A stretch of 64,000 nucleotides of DNA from assembly GCA_047601445.1 (NCBI GenBank), contig JASGJH010000001.1:4832001-4896000 (forward strand). The letters are read 5' to 3'. Of the stretch, positions 29,936 to 37,369 are shown in pieces. The stretch comes from Myxococcales bacterium (GTDB lineage Bacteria; Myxococcota_A; Polyangia; Polyangiales; DASUME01). The position numbers and the translations under genes were made by a program. Every line of letters begins with the position of its first letter. Position 1 is the first letter of the stretch. Below the pieces are notes generated by a model. It saw nothing but the letters and a program-made list of their open reading frames with translations. It ran no database searches and was not told the DNA's origin.

Positions 29936-30120
29936 CGCGGACTGCTCCAGGGCATTTCGCGGCCTCGCAGCCGCCTTGAAATGTCCTGGGCCAGAACCGG
30001 GGCCGCTCGCGGCGCGCTGACCACACGACGGTCAAAGTGCGGCGAAGTCGCCATGATCCGGTGGAAAACATGGCTGGCACGTCCTCTGCTCTCACTACGC
30101 ATGAAAGCGGGGAGGACCAC

Positions 30121-30438
30121 ATGCGAATCGGGATCATTGGTGGAGCGGAGCGCACGGAGCCTCAGTTGAAGCGCCTGGCGAGCGCGGCGGGTCACGAGGT
30201 CGAGTTCCACGCGGGGCACATGAGCAGCTGCGGCGCGGCTTCGCTCGAGGCGTTGATCACACGCTGCGACTTGCTCGTGATCACCACCGACGTGAACAGC
30301 CACGCCGCCGTACGCGCCGCGCGGGGCCTCTCGCGCGCGCGGGGCATCACGCCGATGATGTGCCGGCGTCTCGGCGTGGGACGCTTCTCGGAGCTGCTGA
30401 CGGGCCTCAAAAGCAGCGCTCTCGGCATCGGCGCCTGA
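30121..30438 (+). CDS. DUF2325-family protein
   Basis: 'MRIGIIGG' and 'CDLLVITTDVNSH'; GGAGG RBS. Confidence 0.75.
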   Translation: MRIGIIGGAERTEPQLKRLASAAGHEVEFHAGHMSSCGAASLEALITRCDLLVITTDVNSHAAVRAARGLSRARGITPMMCRRLGVGRFSELLTGLKSSALGIGA

Positions 30439-30797
30439 CCTCGAAGTCCGGCGCGCCACGGGTTCGAACGGGGGGTTCGAGCCCGCGCGCTGTAGGATGA
30501 GAGCGCGCTCTCTCCACGAGAGAGCGTTCGAGCCCCGTGCGAGCGCGTGCGAGACGCTGCCGTACGGGCATTTTTTTTCTTGGCCCAGATCCGCTGCTTG
30601 AGCCGATCGCAGTTCGTCTCGTGAGCGCCCGAAAGCCGAGGGATGTCCCGCTCGATCTGCTCTCCACGGAACCGTACATGACGCAATCGTGGGTGGGCTC
30701 AGGTCTCGGCCTGTGCTCCGGATGGGCACGCAACCCCTCATAACCATTGATATTTTTTGTGGCCCGCTAGGGGACCCCCGAGTTACTCACCGGGTCG

Positions 30798-32652
30798 ATG
30801 GCACAGAGCACATTCAAGCAAACGTCGAGAGTTCTCGGCCTGACGGCTTTGTTCTGCGGAGCGTGCACCGGCGGGTCTCCGCTCGGTCCGGCCGGTTCGG
30901 AAGGTCCGGGTCTCGGCACGGACACGAGTGGAATCGGTGGTGACCACGGAGACGGAACCGGCCCGGGCGGCGCGAACGGCGTCGGGGGCTCCTCCCACTC
31001 TCTGAGCTTCGAGTGCAAGAGTGACGCTCGTGGCTCGGAGCCGCTGCGCCGCTTGTCACGCACCGAGTACCAGAATTCCTTGCGCGACGTGATCGCCGCG
31101 CAGACCAGCGACGCCACCGCCACCAGCGTGATGACCGCCGCAGCGTCGCCTTTGACCGGCATCCCGGCCGATAGCGTGACCAAGCACGCCGCGTTCGCGC
31201 GCATGGATCAATCGGTCTCCCAGGCCCACGTGGAGGCGTACTTCAGCGTCGCCCAGAACGTGGCCAACTCGCTCACCAGCAGCGACGCGCGCGTGAAGGA
31301 GCTGCTCGGCAGCTGCTCCACCGCCACTGGAGCGGCCGGCGCCACCTGCGTGGACACCTTCATCGCCAACTTCGGCAAGCGCGTGCTGCGCCACCCGCTC
31401 AACACGGCGGAGAAGGCCTTCTACAAGCAGGTCTACGCGGTCACGAGCGGCGTCGACAAGGCCGGCCTCAACGACGTGCTGGTCACCTTCCTCACGTCCC
31501 CCTCGTTCATTTACCAGGTGGAATTCGGCGCCGACGCGGCGAAGGGACAAGCCGGGCTTTACCAGCTCAACGATTACGAGATCGCCGCGCGCCTCTCGTT
31601 CGCGTTCTGGCAGACCACGCCCGACGACGAGCTCTTGGCCGCCGCCGACAGCGGCGATCTCGAGCTCCGATGCCGGCTTCGGAGATGCCATCGACCACGT
31701 GCTCTCGAGCCCTCGGGCCTCGGGCGCCCTGCAGCAGTTCGCTCGCGAGTGGTTCGGACTCGACTCGATGCGCGCGCTCAACTCCCTGGCCAGCGATCCG
31801 GTCTTCAAGTCCTTCGCGGGCGCGAACCTCCCGAGCGCCACGCTCAAGGAGGACATGATCAAGGAGTTCACGGAGTCCTTGAGCTTCCACGCCTTCGTGA
31901 AGGACGAGGGTACCCGCGAGTGGATCGAGAGCCCCTTCTCGTTCGCCCGCAGCAAGGAGCTCGCCAGCATCTACGGCATCGACGCCTGGGACGGCCAGGG
32001 CGACCCGCCCAGCTTCGCCGATGGCGAACGCGCGGGCCTGATCACGCGCGCCGCCTTGCTGGCCACCGGCTCGGCCAACACGCGCCCGATCATGAAGGGC
32101 GTGACCATCCGCGAGCGCCTGTTGTGCGACACGCTCGACCCGCCGCCCGCGAACGCCGGCAAGAACCCGCCCGACCTGTCGCCGACCCTCACCACCCGCG
32201 AGGTCGTCACGGCACTCACCGAGCAGCCCGGCAGCTCCTGCGCCGGTTGCCACCAGTACAACATCAACCCGCTCGGGTTCGCGACCGAGAACTTCGACGC
32301 CCTGGGTCGCGCCCGCGACGCCCAGAAGCTGTTCTCGTCGGACGGCTCGCTGCTCACGCAGAAGCCCATCGACACCGAGAGCACGCCCCAGGTGTGGCTG
32401 GGGGACAAGACGGACTCCACGGGCCCGCAGGACCTGATGAAGCTCCTGTCCGACAGCGGCAAGGTCGAGGCCTGCTTCGCCCGTCAGTTCGTACGCTTCG
32501 CCCAGGCTCGCGCCGAGGACGAGGCCGTGGACGGCTGCGGCCTGGAAGCCGTGCGTGCCTCACTCTCCGCGGGCGACAGCTTCCGCACCGCGCTTCGCAA
32601 GTTCGCTCTGCTGCCGGCCTTCCGGCAGCGCCTTGTCGGCGACAACGGCTGA
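30798..32652 (+). pseudogene. DUF1592/DUF1588/DUF1585-domain lipoprotein with a +1 frameshift near 31662
   Basis: 'LRRLSRTEYQNSLRD', 'YEIAARLSF.FW..PDDELL', 'RAGLIT', 'CAGCH', 'ENFDALG'; the frames join if one base is removed from CTC-G-AGC. Confidence 0.8.
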
Positions 32653-32688
32653 CTCTTGAACTAGCGCTTCAGCTTCGAGCCTTGGTTT

Positions 32689-32724
32689 GAGGGAGGAGCC
32701 GCAAGGCCCTCCCTCTTCTCGTTT
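32689..32724 (+). terminator. Probable intrinsic terminator
   Basis: GAGGGAGG...CCTCCCTC stem followed by a pyrimidine-rich tail. Confidence 0.6.
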
Positions 32725-33129
32725 CCGTCACGCGGTTCACCGCGCCGTCACCGAAGCTCCCCGCTCGTGTGGCGTCCTGGCCGCCCACCATCGCACACAG
32801 CGCGCGGGGCCGACTCCCAGCGTGGAGCCCTCGTCAAACGACGCGTGCGGCCGTGCAAAGCGCCCCTCACGGGGAGTGCCGTGCTGCGCAGAATCGGCCC
32901 ATTTCCCGGATTTTCGCGCGACCTTTAGCGAGAAGCGCACGCGCTCTCCGCAGCGCCGAAGCGCGCTCGCGTCCCCCAAGCAGCAAGCGCATCCAGGTCC
33001 CAACGCGCCCTCGCGCAGCACCGTGCGCGGAGTTTTGTGAACTCCTCGTTTACGTAGCTCTTACGAGCTTGTTGCGCGGAGCTCGCCAAGTTGATCCATG
33101 GTGTACCTATCGTGTTTCTCACAAAGGGC

Positions 33130-34701
33130 ATGTCTTCGACGACGCAACACGATGCTTCGCGCCGCGGCCCCGCGATTGGGCAGAAGCCTAGCGCCTCACC
33201 GGGACGCGAAGGACAGTTCAACTACCTCTTGCTGTCGGACGTCCACCTGGGCTCCGACATCATCCCGCACATGCGACCGTGGGCCAAAGAGTCCTGGTTG
33301 CTGCACGAAGCCGAGGTGGACGCTCACCTCGTGGGCCTGCTCGAGCACTACCGCCGTGAGCGCGATCCCGAGCGCCCCTGGTGCCTGATCCTGGCCGGCG
33401 ACTTCGTGGATCTGGTGGGCGTCTCCATCAGCCCCGAGTCTCCGCTGCGCACCGAGCCTACCCGCGACGAACGCGTGTACGGGCTGGGCAGCGCCTCCGA
33501 CCACGTGGTGCAGAAGATGCGCGCCATCGCCGACCGCCACGTCAGCGTGTTCCGTGCCCTGGCCGACTTCGTCGCCGACGGGCATCGACTCGTGGTCGTG
33601 CGCGGCAACCACGACGTGGAACTGCACTGGCACGCCGCACAGCGAGCCTTCGTCAAGAGCATCACGCAGCACGCTCCGCGCGAACAACGCGAGGGCATGC
33701 GCTCGCGCATCGAGATCTGCCCCTGGTTCTTCGTGGTGGACGGACTGCTCTATGTGGAGCACGGGCACGAGTTCGACGCCATGTGCAGCTACGGGGATCC
33801 CTTGATGCCCACCTGCATGCGAGATCCGCGTCGCATCAACGCCACGCCATTCTCGGTGCTGCTGCGTCAGGTGGCGCGACCCACGCGGGGTCTGCGTGCA
33901 GCCGGCTATCAATACGTCGGCATGGGAGAGTATCTGCGGCTCTTGGTCCACCTGGGCGTACGCGGCAGCGTGCGCATCGCGGGCCACTTCGCCCGCGCGA
34001 GTTACCTGCTCCTGCGCGAGTGCTACACGAGCCTGGTGGTGAGGAAGCCACGCCGTGAACGCAATGCGCGTGCGCGGCACGAGCTTTTCGCCGCTCGCAA
34101 GGGCGTCTGCTCGAGCACGCTCGAGCGACTTCGCCAGCTGTACGTCGCGCCGGCCACCAAGAGCTTTGGCGCCGTGCTGCGCAGCCTCTACCTGGATCGC
34201 GTGCTGACCTCCATCCTCGCTCTCGCCGTGGGCGGTTGCGGGATCTTGGTGGCCGAGCGTGCCGACCTGCTGCCGGTGGGAAGCTGCCTTCTGCTGTCCC
34301 TCCTTCTATTGATGTATACGCTGCTGGGCGGCGGCAAGAACACCTCCCCCACCGAGCGCATGCGACGCAGCGCAGCAAAAATTGCCGCACTGTTCGGGAC
34401 TCGCTACGTCGTAATGGGGCATACCCACGAGCCCGTGTTCGACGAGGTCGCGCCCGACGTGCGCTACGTGAACCTCGGCAGTTGGGGTGAGGACGATCCG
34501 CCCGAAGAGCGCGGCGCCCACGACGTGCCCAGCCCCTGCTCGTTCATGCAGCTGCGCTATCAGCATGGCGATTACCAGTGCCAGTTCTTGCGCTGGGATA
34601 GCCGACGCGGCCCCGTGCCCTTCCACGTGCCGACCCCGCTCAGCGCATCCGAGCAGCCCGGCTTCGCTCCTGCCGGTCCCTACTCCGCAGCTCAGGGCTG
34701 A
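33130..34701 (+). CDS. Calcineurin-like metallophosphoesterase with internal TM hairpin
   Basis: Motifs DVH, GD, GNHD, HGH and GHTH, with two hydrophobic helices before GHTH. Confidence 0.85.
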   Translation: MSSTTQHDASRRGPAIGQKPSASPGREGQFNYLLLSDVHLGSDIIPHMRPWAKESWLLHEAEVDAHLVGLLEHYRRERDPERPWCLILAGDFVDLVGVSISPESPLRTEPTRDERVYGLGSASDHVVQKMRAIADRHVSVFRALADFVADGHRLVVVRGNHDVELHWHAAQRAFVKSITQHAPREQREGMRSRIEICPWFFVVDGLLYVEHGHEFDAMCSYGDPLMPTCMRDPRRINATPFSVLLRQVARPTRGLRAAGYQYVGMGEYLRLLVHLGVRGSVRIAGHFARASYLLLRECYTSLVVRKPRRERNARARHELFAARKGVCSSTLERLRQLYVAPATKSFGAVLRSLYLDRVLTSILALAVGGCGILVAERADLLPVGSCLLLSLLLLMYTLLGGGKNTSPTERMRRSAAKIAALFGTRYVVMGHTHEPVFDEVAPDVRYVNLGSWGEDDPPEERGAHDVPSPCSFMQLRYQHGDYQCQFLRWDSRRGPVPFHVPTPLSASEQPGFAPAGPYSAAQG

Positions 34702-35009
34702 AAAAAGCAGACGCGCCTCGCTTCGCTGCGCCCTCACAGCTCCCTCTCAATTGATAGGAAGCGCGCGCTCGATTGACGGCACCGTGCATCCGATGCTGGC
34801 GCGGCCACGACTTGAACGCCTTTCGGGCGCTGACTGTGGCAAAAAACAGCGGAATTGCGGGTTGGAGAGCTCCGACTTAGGGGATTCTTTCCCTTCTCTC
34901 CATCACCCCGTTTTTTTCTCGAGGCGCCTCATAATCGCCTAGGGCTGACCCCACTCTAAGATACAGGCTCGACACACACAGCCTGGCCAACTTCGTAGAA
35001 GCTACCTCA

Positions 35010-35079
35010 GTCCCGCTCCCCACCCTTCACTTCCCCACCCTCCGATTCTTCCCCCCTGTGTGGGGAGCGGGACGCTTTT
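35010..35079 (+). promoter_or_regulatory. Perfect 14-bp stem upstream of the peptide precursor (possible 5' leader structure or attenuator)
   Basis: GTCCCGCTCCCCAC (35010-35023) and GTGGGGAGCGGGAC (35060-35073), followed by GCTTTT. Confidence 0.55.
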
Positions 35080-35144
35080 ACGCAAAATGTGCCGGCACCT
35101 TCAGGTGCTGATCACGACCGAACCAACCAACCAGGAGAACGACA

Positions 35145-35336
35145 ATGAACGAAAACATGCTGGTTTCCCTTGATGACGCGGCCCTTGAAGACGTGAACGG
35201 TGGCCTCTCGGTCAACCTCGGCGTGAACGATCAGAGCATCGTGTCCGCCAGCCTTGACCTCAAGAACGGCATCGCCGCCAGCCTCAGCCTCTTCGGCAAG
35301 AACCTCGTCAAGCTCAGCCTCAGCATCTTCGGCTGA
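35145..35336 (+). CDS. Double-glycine-leader secreted peptide precursor (bacteriocin/microcin-type leader)
   Basis: AGGAG RBS; leader MNENMLVSLDDAALEDVNGG fits the L-x-x-x-x-L-x-x-V-x-G-G pattern; lies just upstream of a C39 ABC transporter operon. Confidence 0.9.
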   Translation: MNENMLVSLDDAALEDVNGGLSVNLGVNDQSIVSASLDLKNGIAASLSLFGKNLVKLSLSIFG

Positions 35337-35356
35337 TCCTGCCTTTGGCAGGAACG

Positions 35357-35398
35357 CACCGGGCTCACCACCGCCGGCGAGCCCGGTGTTTTCTTTTC
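35357..35398 (+). terminator. Intrinsic terminator between the precursor and the export genes
   Basis: CACCGGGCTC / GAGCCCGGTG 10-bp stem followed by TTTTCTTTT. Confidence 0.85.
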
Positions 35399-35449
35399 AG
35401 CGCTCTGAATCTGCGCCATTCTACTCGTTCACCGCTCTAGGCTTTCTTT

Positions 35450-36430
35450 ATGTCTGACCGCGTGATCGTTAGTCTCGCAGCCATCCCTATGATCTCGGGA
35501 GCAGTGCTCCTGGTGGCCTTCCAGCGCGCACCTGCGCTCCACGCGGCCGCTCCCAAGGGACAGCGCGCAGCAGCGGTCGCCGGCCAGGACCAGAAGCACA
35601 GCACCACGTGGGTGGGTGTTATCTCCGCCGGCAACACGGCCGAGCTAGCCGCCGAGGCCGACGGCAAGGTCACCGAGGTGTGGCTCGAGGCCGGCGCTCG
35701 CGTGAAGGCGGACCAGCAGATCCTGCAGATTGATAGCAGCGATGCCGCAGGCGCCCTGGGCATGGCCAGCGCCGAGCTGGGTCAGCGCTCGTCCGAGATC
35801 GCCCGCGCCTCGGCCCGACTCGAGGAAGCCCGCGCCAAGCTCGGCCGCCTCAAGGCCGGCGGAAAATGGATTGCGGATCACGAGATCGCCCAAGCCGCCG
35901 CCGAGGCACGCATGGCCGAGGCGGAGTATCGAGGAGCCCAGGCAGCTGCCCAGATGGGTCGCGCCAAGGTTCACATGCAGAAGAACCGAGAGGCTCGCTA
36001 TCGCTTGCGCGCCCCCTTCGACGGCACCCTGGTGACCTGTGATGTCGACCCCGGGGATAGCGTGCGCGCTGGGCAGGTGCTGGCCCGAGTCATCAGTGAC
36101 GATCGCCAGGTACGCTTCGCGCTGCCTCCCGATCAGGCTCCCCAGGAGGGCGAGTTCGAAGTCCTTGTGCGAGATCCCCTGTCGGACCGCAGTATGATCA
36201 CCAAGATCAAGACCGTGAAACCCGAGATTGATACCTCTGCCCAGCTCGTATTCGCCACCGCGGTGCTAGCCCTCGACCAGAACCAGCTCAAGACCTGGCT
36301 GCCGGGAACCCGAGTGGAAGTGTCGCCTTCGAATCAGGCTTCCGCCATCATGCACAACGAGCAGTTCGCTCCCGTGGCCGCCGGCGCTACCGACAAGCCC
36401 AGCGTGCCCGCCCTGCCGCGAGAGCGGTGA
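35450..36430 (+). CDS. Membrane fusion protein (RND/HlyD-type adaptor)
   Basis: N-terminal TM, 'DGKVTEV..EAGARVK', helical hairpin, 'LRAPFDG', 'PGDSV'. Confidence 0.85.
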   Translation: MSDRVIVSLAAIPMISGAVLLVAFQRAPALHAAAPKGQRAAAVAGQDQKHSTTWVGVISAGNTAELAAEADGKVTEVWLEAGARVKADQQILQIDSSDAAGALGMASAELGQRSSEIARASARLEEARAKLGRLKAGGKWIADHEIAQAAAEARMAEAEYRGAQAAAQMGRAKVHMQKNREARYRLRAPFDGTLVTCDVDPGDSVRAGQVLARVISDDRQVRFALPPDQAPQEGEFEVLVRDPLSDRSMITKIKTVKPEIDTSAQLVFATAVLALDQNQLKTWLPGTRVEVSPSNQASAIMHNEQFAPVAAGATDKPSVPALPRER

Positions 36431-36433
36431 GCA

Positions 36434-37369
36434 ATGGCCACGCTGTTCCGCAAAGAAGCCGTCGAGCATCAGCGCAAGCGCATGGCTGCGCGCTCGGACC
36501 TGCTGCGCATCTCACCCGGCTCGACGGCCTGGATGTTCCGCATCCTGTGCGCCGCGCTGCTGGTCTCGTTGTTCTTCATGGTGGTGGGCAAGCTCAGTGA
36601 GTACGCCACCGGTCCTGCGGTAGTGCGCATCGAAGGTCGCACCACGTTGACCGCGGATTGGCCCGCCCTGGTGAGCAAGGTCCGGGTAGCTCCGGGCGAT
36701 CGCGTCAAGCAGGGTGACCTGCTGGTGCAGTTGTATGCCTCCGAGGAGGCCGCCGAATTCGAGGCGGTCTCGCAAGAGTTCAACGACCAGCTGAGCAAGC
36801 TCCTGAACAGTCCCGACGACGTCACCGCGCGAGAAGCACTGGTGTCGCTGCGCATGCGCCGGGACCTCGCCCGCTCACGCCTCGACCAGCGTTCGCTGCG
36901 CGCGCCCCACGACGGCGTCGTCGGTGACGTGCGCGTGCGCCCGGGTCAGATGCTGGAGGCGGGCATGTCGGTGCTCGAGCTGGTGGGCGAGCAAGCGTCG
37001 GCCACGGTGATCGCCATGCTACCCGGTCGCTATCGCCCCTTGATCAAGTCAGGCGCGGCGATTCGCTTCGAGATCGAAGGTTTCCATCGCCGCACGCAGG
37101 AGCTGGAGATCTCGGGCGTGGCCGACCAAGTGGTGGGTCCCGCCGAGGCGGCCCGCTACATCGGGAAAGATCTCTCCGATGCCTTCCCGGTGCAGGGCCC
37201 TGTGGTGTTGGTACAGGCCCAGTTGCCCTCGGACTACTTCGAAGCGGAAGGAACCCGCTTTCAATACGCGCACGGCATGCACGGCCGTGCCGAGACCGTG
37301 GTGCGCGATGAGCCCGTCGCATACGCGTTTTTGCCAGGGCTTAGACAGTGGGTAGAGCGTGTCTGGTGA
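36434..37369 (+). CDS. HlyD-family secretion protein
   Basis: 'LFRKEAVEHQ' N-terminus typical of peptide-exporter adaptors, TM, 'PGDRVKQGD', 'LRAPHDGVV'. Confidence 0.88.
   Translation: MATLFRKEAVEHQRKRMAARSDLLRISPGSTAWMFRILCAALLVSLFFMVVGKLSEYATGPAVVRIEGRTTLTADWPALVSKVRVAPGDRVKQGDLLVQLYASEEAAEFEAVSQEFNDQLSKLLNSPDDVTAREALVSLRMRRDLARSRLDQRSLRAPHDGVVGDVRVRPGQMLEAGMSVLELVGEQASATVIAMLPGRYRPLIKSGAAIRFEIEGFHRRTQELEISGVADQVVGPAEAARYIGKDLSDAFPVQGPVVLVQAQLPSDYFEAEGTRFQYAHGMHGRAETVVRDEPVAYAFLPGLRQWVERVW

Noticed and set aside
30440..30600. GTTCGA repeats resembling tRNA T-loops
   Set aside because: No cloverleaf or acceptor stem could be built.
32730..33120. Short ORFs between the DUF1592 and phosphoesterase genes
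   Set aside because: Arg/Pro-rich with no RBS; probably non-coding.
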